Part shown: positions 29,758-38,013 of the stretch, piece by piece | Numbering within the stretch: position 1 is the stretch's first letter | Layout: every line of letters starts with the position of its first letter | Assembly: GCA_964394685.1 (NCBI GenBank) | Contig: CAYMYO010000003.1 | Coordinates: 16,218 to 80,217 of the forward strand | Direction of reading: 5' to 3' | DNA: 64,000 nt | Origin: an uncultured Gammaproteobacteria bacterium | GTDB taxonomy: Bacteria; Patescibacteriota; Microgenomatia; UBA10105; UBA927 | Translations under genes and position numbers: made by a program | The notes under the pieces: model-generated | Told to the model about the DNA's origin: nothing | The model's database searches: none | What the model saw: the letters and a program-made list of their open reading frames with translations, nothing else

Positions 29758-29784
29758 TGTCATGCTGAATTTGTTTCAGCATCT
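29758..29784. repeat. REP-like palindrome
   Basis: ATGCTGAA-TTTGT-TTCAGCAT inverted repeat. Confidence 0.55.
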
Positions 29785-29791
29785 ATTTATT

Positions 29792-30409
29792 ATGTCAGAT
29801 CAACTAGTGCTCAGTTTTTATACGTTTGGTCGATCAATAATCGGTATTTTGACACGGCCGTATGAAACATACCGTAAGATTATTAATCACGGTTCATTGT
29901 GGGAATTCGTTCCGCTGACGATCCTTATTGCAAGCTATTTGGGTATTGCATCGCTTGTAAAAACTGCTGCGTTCCGTCCATACATTCTTACTAAGCAATT
30001 TGTTGTGTTGGGAAGCGCAGTGGGCGCAACATATATATTAGTTGTTGTGTTGTTATGGACAGTTGGAAAAATTGTTGGAGGGAAGGGGAAATTAAAAACA
30101 ATCGCTTTGGGATGGGCATATACGCTTATTCCGACGACAACATGGTTTTTGGCAACATCTTTTTTGTATATGCTTCTTCCTCCTCCAAGAACAACTCGTC
30201 CGCTGGGAATTCTTTTTAGCGCATCATTTCTTCTTTTTTCGTCTGTGCTTTTCTTCTGGAAAATTATTTTGTCGTACTTGACTCTACGCTTTAGTATGAA
30301 GCTCGACTTGCTTCGCATCAGTATTGTTTTTTGCATCGTTATCCCGATTGTTGCACTATACAGCATTGGAATGTACCGGTTAGGAATATTTAAAATTCCA
30401 TTCGTATGA
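29792..30409 (+). CDS. Yip1-like membrane protein
   Basis: Five TM helices, 'ILTRPYETY..I', 'GGKG', 'WAYTLIP'. Confidence 0.65.
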   Translation: MSDQLVLSFYTFGRSIIGILTRPYETYRKIINHGSLWEFVPLTILIASYLGIASLVKTAAFRPYILTKQFVVLGSAVGATYILVVVLLWTVGKIVGGKGKLKTIALGWAYTLIPTTTWFLATSFLYMLLPPPRTTRPLGILFSASFLLFSSVLFFWKIILSYLTLRFSMKLDLLRISIVFCIVIPIVALYSIGMYRLGIFKIPFV

Positions 30410-30426
30410 AATTACACACTGAGGGT

Positions 30427-31356
30427 ATGGTTAAAAAAATAGTTTTAGTAAAACCCCGGGGGTTATGTGCCGGAGTGGAGCGGGCTTTAAGAATTTTGGA
30501 TTTAGTGGTGAAAAAAAGCAAAGGACCAGTGTATTGCCGACACCAGATTGTACACAATAAAAAAGTCGTAGAAGAATTTATTAGAAAAGGCGTAGTTTTT
30601 GTGGAAGATTTAAACCAGGTACCCAATGGTTCGGTGGTGGTTTTTAGCGCTCACGGCAGTAGCCCGAAGTTTTTTAAATTAGCCCAAAGGAAAAATTTAA
30701 CAGTAATTGACAGTGTTTGCCCTCTAGTAACTAAGGTCCATATGGAGGCAAAAAGTTATACAAAAAGAGGCTACTTTGTTGTTTATTTGGGCCATAAAAA
30801 TCATCCCGAAGCGATCGGAGTCTTAGGGGAAACGGAAGGAAATTCAGTTTTAATCAACAATTTAGAAGAGGCCAAAAAGTTACGTTTAACGAAGAAAGCG
30901 GTTTTATTAACGCAAACAACTTTAAGTTTGGATGAAACCAAAGAAATTATTGACTATTTAAAAAAGCGCTGGCCGGACTTAGAGTTTCCACCCGGAAAAG
31001 ATATTTGTTTTTCCACAACCAACCGGCAGCTGGCGGTAAAAGAGTTAGCCAAAAAAGCAGACTTAATCTTGGTCGTGGGTTCAAAGGAAAGTTCAAACTC
31101 AAATCGGTTAAGAGAAATGGCGGAAAAATCAGGAATCTCAGCCTACCTAATTGACGGGCCGGAGGATTTACACGATGAATGGTTTGAGAATAAAAAAAAG
31201 GTTGGGATTACAGCCGGAGCGTCAGTGCCAGATAAATTTGTTCAACAAGTAATTCAGGCGGTTCAGAAAAGATACGGCGGAGTAGTTGAAGAATTGGAGA
31301 TTTTTCCAGAAAATGTCAAATTTCTTAACTTACCCAAAGAATTAGAAATGTTATGA
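30427..31356 (+). CDS. ispH: 4-hydroxy-3-methylbut-2-enyl diphosphate reductase
   Basis: 'PRGLCAGV', 'IVHN', 'SAHG', 'CPLV.KVH', 'HPE', 'DIC..T.NRQ', 'SSNS', 'TAGAS'. Confidence 0.96.
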   Translation: MVKKIVLVKPRGLCAGVERALRILDLVVKKSKGPVYCRHQIVHNKKVVEEFIRKGVVFVEDLNQVPNGSVVVFSAHGSSPKFFKLAQRKNLTVIDSVCPLVTKVHMEAKSYTKRGYFVVYLGHKNHPEAIGVLGETEGNSVLINNLEEAKKLRLTKKAVLLTQTTLSLDETKEIIDYLKKRWPDLEFPPGKDICFSTTNRQLAVKELAKKADLILVVGSKESSNSNRLREMAEKSGISAYLIDGPEDLHDEWFENKKKVGITAGASVPDKFVQQVIQAVQKRYGGVVEELEIFPENVKFLNLPKELEML

Positions 31357-32354
31357 AAAAAATAGCAATTTTAGGTTCAACAGGAGTAATTGGTTCTAAA
31401 GCTCTGGAAGTAGTTCGGGATTATCCTAAAGAGTTTAAAATTGTTAGTCTGGCTTGCGGCCATGAGTCAGAAAAATTTAAAGAGCAAATTAAGGAATTCA
31501 AGCCGGAGATCGCGACAGTTGGAGAAGAGGATTTGGTGAAAGCCGTATCTCATCCAGAGATTGATTTAGTAATCGTGGCAGTGGTGGGAACGGCCGGAAT
31601 TAAAGCGACGCTAGCAGCGATTAAACAGAAAAAAAATATTGGGTTGGCAACAAAAGAAGTATTGGTGGTAGCCGGAGAAGAGGTGATGAAGGAGGCAAGA
31701 AAAAATGAGGTAGAAATAATTCCAATTGACAGCGAACACAGTGCAATTTTCCAGAGCCTAAAATCCGGAGAAAAAAGAGAAATAAAAAATATTTATTTAA
31801 CGATAGGGCAGGGCAAAATCAGTCAAATGAACAGAGAAGAGTTGGAAAAAGTGACGCCGGAAATGGTGTTAAATCGGAAAACGTGGACGATGGGACAAAA
31901 AATCAGCGTGGATAGCGCCACGTGTATTAATAAAGCGTTTGAAATTATTGAAGCCAGGTGGTTGTTTGGAGTTCGGCCGGAGCAAATTCAAGTGGTGATC
32001 CACCCAGAATATCTATGTCATTCGATGGTGGAATTTGTGGACGGTTCAGTGATAGCGGAGTTGGGCGTACCGGACATGAAGCGATATGTATCTTACGCGA
32101 TGTTTTATCCGCAAAGACGGGAAGTTAAAAACATTCCCCAAATAAATTTAGCTGAGAAAAGTTTATCTTTTAAGGCAGTCGACTTGGAAAAATTTCCAGG
32201 GTTGCAGTTAGGGTATTTGGTTTTGGAAAAAGGGGGTAGGGCGGCGGAAATTTTATACCAGACAGACGAGGCAGCCGTAGCTGAGTTTTTAAAAGGAGAA
32301 ATTAAGTTCACCCAAATAATCCCTATGATTGAAATGGAGATGAAAAAACTATGA
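31353..32354 (+). CDS. dxr: 1-deoxy-D-xylulose 5-phosphate reductoisomerase (short, divergent)
   Basis: 'ILGSTG.IG', 'PIDSEHSAIFQ', 'MG.KISVDSAT..NK..E.IEA', 'HSMVEF.DGS'. Confidence 0.92.
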   Translation: MKKIAILGSTGVIGSKALEVVRDYPKEFKIVSLACGHESEKFKEQIKEFKPEIATVGEEDLVKAVSHPEIDLVIVAVVGTAGIKATLAAIKQKKNIGLATKEVLVVAGEEVMKEARKNEVEIIPIDSEHSAIFQSLKSGEKREIKNIYLTIGQGKISQMNREELEKVTPEMVLNRKTWTMGQKISVDSATCINKAFEIIEARWLFGVRPEQIQVVIHPEYLCHSMVEFVDGSVIAELGVPDMKRYVSYAMFYPQRREVKNIPQINLAEKSLSFKAVDLEKFPGLQLGYLVLEKGGRAAEILYQTDEAAVAEFLKGEIKFTQIIPMIEMEMKKL

Positions 32355-33016
32355 TTTCTGCTATTATCACTTGCGCCGGCAACAGTTCCCGATTCGGAAA
32401 AGAAAAGTTGTTTAAATTAATTAAAGGCGAGCCGGTTTTTATCCGAACAGTAAAACAGTTTGTTCAAGTTAAAGAAATAGGGGAAGTGGTAGTGGTGGTG
32501 AGGAAAGATACCAGAAAAAGATTTGAACGATGGCTGCAGAAATTCAAGCTCACTCCCAAATTGGTTGAGGGCGGAGAGGAGCGGTATATTTCTGCCTATA
32601 AAGGGGTGCAGGTCAGCCGGGGACGTTACGTTTTAATTCATGACGGCGCCAGGCCTTTGGTTTCCGCAAAATTAATTAAGAAGGTGATTAAAGCGGTTAA
32701 GCAGTATCCGGCAGTCATGACGGCGTTGGAAGCAACGACCTGCGTAAAATTAATTAATCCGAAAAAAATGGAAGTGGAACAATGTTTGGAGAGACAGAAA
32801 AGCTGGCTGGGCCAGACTCCGCACGGTTTTAAAAAAGAGATTATTTTGCGGGCGTACGAAAAAGCGATGAAAGGGGAAATAAGCGGAATGGACGATTGTG
32901 AATTAGTCAGAAAAACCGGAGTGAAAGTAAGGGTGGTTCCGGGAGAATGGACCAACAAAAAAATCACTTTGCCGTCTGATTTAGACATTATTAAAAACTG
33001 GAGTAAATATGTTTAG
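32351..33016 (+). CDS. ispD: 2-C-methyl-D-erythritol 4-phosphate cytidylyltransferase
   Basis: 'AGNSSRFG..K', 'GGEER', 'IHDGARP', 'QTP', 'N.KIT...D'. Confidence 0.93.
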   Translation: MISAIITCAGNSSRFGKEKLFKLIKGEPVFIRTVKQFVQVKEIGEVVVVVRKDTRKRFERWLQKFKLTPKLVEGGEERYISAYKGVQVSRGRYVLIHDGARPLVSAKLIKKVIKAVKQYPAVMTALEATTCVKLINPKKMEVEQCLERQKSWLGQTPHGFKKEIILRAYEKAMKGEISGMDDCELVRKTGVKVRVVPGEWTNKKITLPSDLDIIKNWSKYV

Positions 33017-33479
33017 AATCGGTTTAGGTCAGGATAGCCATAGATTAAAAGAAGGTGGTGAGTTAATTCTCGGAGGGGTCCAAATAACAGAAGAATGTTC
33101 TTTGGAGGCGGATTCAGACGGGGACGTGATTATTCATAGTTTATGTAATGCCTTATCAACAGCCATTGGCGGAGGGTCGTTGGATACTTGGGCGGGGGAG
33201 ATGTTTAGAAACGGAATTACGGACAGCAAAGAGTATTTAAGAAAAATTTTAGCCAAAGTTAAGGCCGGAAAATATACAATTAATAATGTGGCGATTATGG
33301 TCGAGGCAGCTAAGCCAAAACTGGAAAAATATCGGGAGGAAATACAAAAATCTTTAGCTAAGTTATTAGAGATTGAAGCGGAGAAGGTTGGGATGGCGTT
33401 TACCAGTGGTGATGGGTTAACTAGTTTTGGGCGGGGGGAAGGAATACAAGTAATCAGCACGGTGTTAATCGAAAAATGA
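33009..33479 (+). CDS. ispF: 2-C-methyl-D-erythritol 2,4-cyclodiphosphate synthase
   Basis: 'RIGLGQDSH', 'LGGV', 'SDGDV..H', 'GRGEGI'. Confidence 0.92.
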   Translation: MFRIGLGQDSHRLKEGGELILGGVQITEECSLEADSDGDVIIHSLCNALSTAIGGGSLDTWAGEMFRNGITDSKEYLRKILAKVKAGKYTINNVAIMVEAAKPKLEKYREEIQKSLAKLLEIEAEKVGMAFTSGDGLTSFGRGEGIQVISTVLIEK

Positions 33480-34258
33480 AGCTAAAACTGAGAGCGCCAG
33501 CTAAGATTAATTTAGGCTTAAGCATTTTGAAAAAGCTTGATAATGGCTTTCATAAAGTGAAAACAATTTATACAAAAATAAATATATTCGACTTGATAGA
33601 GCTGGAAGAAATAAAACAGGATTATATTGATTTTCTGGACAAAAATAACTTGGTTTACAGAGCGGCATGGCTGGTTAAAAACGAGTTAAAAATAAAACGG
33701 GGAGTAAAAATAAGCTTAACAAAAAAGATTCCGGCGGGGTCAGGCTTAGGTGGCGGCAGCAGTGATGCGGCCGCGGTTTTAAGAGGCTTAAATAAAATAT
33801 GGCAGCTGAATTTAAAAGAAAAAGAATTAATTAAGTTAGGAAAGAAATTGGGTAGTGACGTTGCTTATCAAATCGTTGGCGGTACAAAACTGGAAATTCA
33901 GGGAGGCAAAAAAGCAGGGAAATTTGTTGATTTAGGAAAATTAATTAAAGATTGGATTGTGGTTTGCGTACCGAATATTTTTATCAGCAGTCAGGAAGCC
34001 TATCAGAAAGTCGCGTATGATAAAGTCGGCAAAAACGAAGTTTTATGGCACAATGATTTTGAAATTTGGACTTTTAAGCAATATCCTGAAATAAAGAAAA
34101 TTAAAGAAATGATGATAAAAAATAGCGCCGAAAAAAGTTTGATGAGCGGTAAAGGTTCAGCAGTGTTTGGAATATTTAAAGATAAAAAAGAAGCGAAAAA
34201 AGTATATAATCAATTAAAATTAAAATACGAGCAAACATATTTAACTAAATCTTTATGA
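33476..34258 (+). CDS. ispE: 4-diphosphocytidyl-2-C-methyl-D-erythritol kinase
   Basis: 'APAKINL.L', 'KKIPAGSGLGGGSSDAA', 'GSDV', 'NDFE', 'MSG.GS'. Confidence 0.93.
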   Translation: MKLKLRAPAKINLGLSILKKLDNGFHKVKTIYTKINIFDLIELEEIKQDYIDFLDKNNLVYRAAWLVKNELKIKRGVKISLTKKIPAGSGLGGGSSDAAAVLRGLNKIWQLNLKEKELIKLGKKLGSDVAYQIVGGTKLEIQGGKKAGKFVDLGKLIKDWIVVCVPNIFISSQEAYQKVAYDKVGKNEVLWHNDFEIWTFKQYPEIKKIKEMMIKNSAEKSLMSGKGSAVFGIFKDKKEAKKVYNQLKLKYEQTYLTKSL

Positions 34259-35310
34259 TTAAAAGAAGACTAACGAAAAAAATCAGAGTGGGGAAAATTG
34301 CTATCGGCGGAGATAGTCCGATTACAGTGCAGACAATGGTGAAAGTTGATGCCCATGACGTTAAAGCGGTGGTCAGGCAAATCCGGGAACAAGAAGAAGC
34401 CGGATGCGATATTACCCGGATGAATGTTTTGGATATGGAGAGTGTCAAGAATTTTTCCAAGATTAAAAAAGAAATTCATATCCCAATTGTGGCGGATATT
34501 CATTTGAATTATGAGTGGGCTTTGGAGGCGATCAAGCAAGGGGTGGATAAATTAAGAATCAATCCGGGGAATATAGGCGGAATTGATAAGGTTAAACAGG
34601 TGGTGAAACTGGCTAAAGAAAGAGGAGTGCCGATTCGGATCGGAGTTAATGCCGGTTCTTTGGAAAGGGATTTGCTCATAAAATATAGCCGGCCAACACC
34701 GGAAGCCTTAGTTGAGTCAGCCAGCCGGCACATTAAAATTTTGGAAGATTTAAACTTTGACCAGATTGTGGTGTCGTTAAAAGCGTCGGATGTAATTCAA
34801 ATGACACAGGCCTACAGATTATTCAGTCAAAAATACGATTACCCGGTCCATTTAGGGGTGACTGAAGCCGGACCGCCGAGCATTGGGACAATTGTTTCCA
34901 GTATGGGAATTGGGTCGTTATTATTGGAGGGAATCGGAGACACGATCAGAGTGTCTTTAAGCGGAGACAGCCGGGAAGAAATCAGGGTGGGAAAAGAGAT
35001 TTTAAAAAATTTAGGCTTAAAAAGCGGGCCGATTTTGGTTTCCTGCCCGACCTGCAGCCGGACTCAATATGACATGATTCCTTTAGTAGCCAAAGTGGAA
35101 AAATATTTACAAACAATTGAAAAACCGATTAAGGTGGCAGTGATGGGGTGTGTGGTGAACGGGCCGGGAGAAGCGAGAGAGGCGGATGTGGGAATTGCCG
35201 GAGGAAAAAATGCCGGAGTGATTTTTAGTAAAGGAAAGATTGTGAAGACGGTGAAAGAAAAAGAGATGTTTGAAGAATTAAGAAAGCATATTGAGCAGTT
35301 ACTTGCTTAG
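34255..35310 (+). CDS. ispG: HMBPP synthase (flavodoxin/ferredoxin-dependent)
   Basis: 'ADIH', 'RINPGN', 'IRIGVNAGSL', 'HLGVTEAG', 'GDTIRVSL', 'SCPTC', 'MGCVVNGPGEA'. Confidence 0.97.
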   Translation: MIKRRLTKKIRVGKIAIGGDSPITVQTMVKVDAHDVKAVVRQIREQEEAGCDITRMNVLDMESVKNFSKIKKEIHIPIVADIHLNYEWALEAIKQGVDKLRINPGNIGGIDKVKQVVKLAKERGVPIRIGVNAGSLERDLLIKYSRPTPEALVESASRHIKILEDLNFDQIVVSLKASDVIQMTQAYRLFSQKYDYPVHLGVTEAGPPSIGTIVSSMGIGSLLLEGIGDTIRVSLSGDSREEIRVGKEILKNLGLKSGPILVSCPTCSRTQYDMIPLVAKVEKYLQTIEKPIKVAVMGCVVNGPGEAREADVGIAGGKNAGVIFSKGKIVKTVKEKEMFEELRKHIEQLLA

Positions 35311-35380
35311 GTTTTGGCCTTGGGTTTGATACACGGGAAAGAAATATTGAGTACGCGCATAGAAACGTAAACAAAGTACG

Positions 35381-35911
35381 ATGACCATGTTAAATCAAAT
35401 AGATACGACAGATGATCAGTCAGAACAATTTATTATAGTTGATGTGCATGACAATATCATTGGATATAAATCACGGTATGAGTGTCATCATAATAAAACA
35501 CTCATACATCGCACAGTTGGTACAGCGATCTTTAATTCAAAAGGTGAACTTTTATTATTAAAACGGAGCAGGACGAAAGATTTAGGAGCTGGTCTATGGG
35601 ATGTGTGTTCTGCAGGACATGTAAATAAAAATGAATTATATGAGCAAGCTGCTAAAAGAGAACTATTTGAAGAACTAGGTATTGATAATCCATTGGTTTT
35701 TCACTCAAAGACTATTTTTTCTGACTCCAATGAAACAGAGATGCAAGGATTATTTACCACGAAATATGATGGAGAATTTAAAATAAACAAAGAGGAAATC
35801 GAAGAAATTTTGTTTATTCAGCCAAACACATTACGAAGAAAATTACAAGTGAAAGAAATACTATTATCTGCTTGGGCCAAGCAGGATGTAAAAAAATTAC
35901 ATATCGTATGA
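35381..35911 (+). CDS. NUDIX hydrolase, isopentenyl-diphosphate isomerase type 1-like
   Basis: 'HR....IFN..G.LLL.KRS..K....GLWD...AGHV...A.REL.EELGI'; lies between ispG and uppS. Confidence 0.65.
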   Translation: MTMLNQIDTTDDQSEQFIIVDVHDNIIGYKSRYECHHNKTLIHRTVGTAIFNSKGELLLLKRSRTKDLGAGLWDVCSAGHVNKNELYEQAAKRELFEELGIDNPLVFHSKTIFSDSNETEMQGLFTTKYDGEFKINKEEIEEILFIQPNTLRRKLQVKEILLSAWAKQDVKKLHIV

Positions 35912-36591
35912 AGCAAGGACAAATTCCGACACATATCGCAGTAATTATGGACGGGAATCGCAGGTGGGCAAAAGAACGAGGACTTCCCATTCTTGAAGGG
36001 CATCGAAAAGTAGCCGATGAGATACTCGAACCCCTGATTGAAGCTGCTGCGAAATGCGGGGTGAAATACATGACGTTCTGGGCATTTTCAACAGAAAATT
36101 GGAAGCGATCTGAAAAAGAAGTGCATGGGATTATGACAATTTTCAGACACGTGGTACAAAAACGATGGCAGAAACTTCACGAAAAAGGCGTGCGTATTCG
36201 GGTGATCGGAGATATTTCAAAGTTTCCTCATGATATTTCTGATGCCCTTACAAAAGTAGTGGAGCAAACAAAAGGTAACAATAAAATAACTGTTGTGTTT
36301 GCACTTAATTACGGGGGTCGTGACGAGATAGTACGTGCGGTGAAAAAAACAAAAAACATTTTAAAAATAAATGAACAAGAATTTTCAACTCTTCTTGATA
36401 CACAAGGAATTCCGGATCCAGAACTCATTATTCGGACAGGCGGAGAACAACGACTGTCAGGCTTTCTTCTTTGGCAAAGTGAATACAGTGAGTTATATTT
36501 TCCTTCGTGGTATATGCCCGAATTCACCCCAAAAAAGCTTGATGAAGTTATTAATGAGTATGAGAAACGAAACCGAAGATTTGGAAAGTAA
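35908..36591 (+). CDS. uppS: Undecaprenyl (polyprenyl) diphosphate synthase
   Basis: 'HIAVIMDGNRRWA', 'AFSTENWKRS', 'NYGGRDEI', 'IRTGGEQRLSGFLLWQ'. Confidence 0.96.
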   Translation: MKQGQIPTHIAVIMDGNRRWAKERGLPILEGHRKVADEILEPLIEAAAKCGVKYMTFWAFSTENWKRSEKEVHGIMTIFRHVVQKRWQKLHEKGVRIRVIGDISKFPHDISDALTKVVEQTKGNNKITVVFALNYGGRDEIVRAVKKTKNILKINEQEFSTLLDTQGIPDPELIIRTGGEQRLSGFLLWQSEYSELYFPSWYMPEFTPKKLDEVINEYEKRNRRFGK

Positions 36592-36927
36592 CTATTTGAA
36601 TATATCTGTTATTCCCTTCATTCCAAAAACTATCCCTGTTATTTGTACGAGCCAGTACGCAACAAAGATGATCACAAACCCAGTTATTCCATTCGTAAGT
36701 CCCTTTTTCCCTTTTTCCATGGCTTTTGCATCGCCCGCGCTGGTCAGAAGCGTAAATCCGGCGCTTAAGATAACAATGAGTAATCCTATCCCGGCAAGAA
36801 CATAGATATAGTTTGTAATTCCTGTGACGACAGAAGCGGTGTTTGTGAATTTAAATCCTGTTGGATATGGGATTTGAATTGGTGATCCGCTTGGTCCAGG
36901 AAGAATAAGTTGTGCAAGTGTGTTCAT
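36592..36927 (-). CDS. VirB2/TrbC-like pilin
   Basis: 'AGFTLLTSAGDAKAMEKGKK.LTNGITG'. Confidence 0.8.
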   Translation of the reverse strand: MNTLAQLILPGPSGSPIQIPYPTGFKFTNTASVVTGITNYIYVLAGIGLLIVILSAGFTLLTSAGDAKAMEKGKKGLTNGITGFVIIFVAYWLVQITGIVFGMKGITDIFK

Positions 36928-36928
36928 A

Positions 36929-37975
36929 TTATTTAAATCCCGGAACGCCGAGAATATCTGCGCCAATCAATTTTAGTAAAAATACAGAGAAGATAATAAG
37001 AAGCAGTCCGACAATAGCGGACGTTACCAATTCTTTTCCTGCATTGAGTTTTTCCGGATTTCCGGCACTGGTCATTATCTGCAGTGCGCCAATGAGCATG
37101 AGAAGAAACGCAATTCCCCCTCCAAGTCCCATGGCAAACGGAAGAATGGTTTTTACAAACCCACTAGGGGTTGATGAAATACATCCGATTGCTGTCCAAA
37201 TGCCTGGTGGAGAACCGCCGATACACGCGGTACATTGACTTCTTCCTTCTCCTTGAGCAAAGGAACAAAGATCGGTAAATTGCGACTCAAGCATGCCTCC
37301 GCCATTCTCTGTTACTTGAAAGCTGCGTTCACAAAGTTTACTGCTCACTCTATTTTTCGCAATATAAAATTTATTATTACTTATACCGTAATTGGATATC
37401 AGGATATTTGGTTTGTCTGCATTGATTGAAGTAACCAAGTGATTTGTGATTCCCTCTATTCCTGGTTTTGCGCCATCATGATACAGATTATAATTACCGG
37501 TTGCATTGAATTTTACATTAACAGTAAGTGTGTCTCGGACGGATGGCGCGGGAGGATTAACAGTAATAGTACAATTTCCTGATTCTGTTGCTGATATTCC
37601 AAATGATCTTGTACAAATAGTGACAAGATTACCGGTCGGTGGATCATAATTGAGTTTGATTGTATATGTTTTTCCTGCACTAAAGGTTGACGCGGCTTGA
37701 GTGAAAGAAATAATCCCCCCCATTGCTTTCGCTGATTTATTCGGACCTGATGAGAATACAGCTGTGAATGATCCATTTGGATCATACGCGGCAGGTTGAC
37801 TATCTGATAAATCAAATTTAAATGTAAGAGCGGTGTCACTTGGGATTGCAAAGATATCGTTTTGTCCTTCAATTCGAAATGATTCACATGTCTTTGCAGC
37901 AACGATTTGACCAGTGGGAATGGCAAAAAACAGAAAGGCAGCGAACAATGCGAGTATAAATAATCGAATTTTCAC
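36929..37975 (-). CDS. Pilin with a large N-terminal beta-rich, Cys-containing domain
   Basis: Signal peptide, beta-rich region, 'WTAIGCI' and C-terminal 'MTSAGNPEKLNAGKELVTSAIVGL' pilin motif. Confidence 0.75.
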   Translation of the reverse strand: MKIRLFILALFAAFLFFAIPTGQIVAAKTCESFRIEGQNDIFAIPSDTALTFKFDLSDSQPAAYDPNGSFTAVFSSGPNKSAKAMGGIISFTQAASTFSAGKTYTIKLNYDPPTGNLVTICTRSFGISATESGNCTITVNPPAPSVRDTLTVNVKFNATGNYNLYHDGAKPGIEGITNHLVTSINADKPNILISNYGISNNKFYIAKNRVSSKLCERSFQVTENGGGMLESQFTDLCSFAQGEGRSQCTACIGGSPPGIWTAIGCISSTPSGFVKTILPFAMGLGGGIAFLLMLIGALQIMTSAGNPEKLNAGKELVTSAIVGLLLIIFSVFLLKLIGADILGVPGFK

Positions 37976-38013
37976 TCCTTAAGTGTATCAAAGTCCATGT
38001 TACAATGGAAGAT

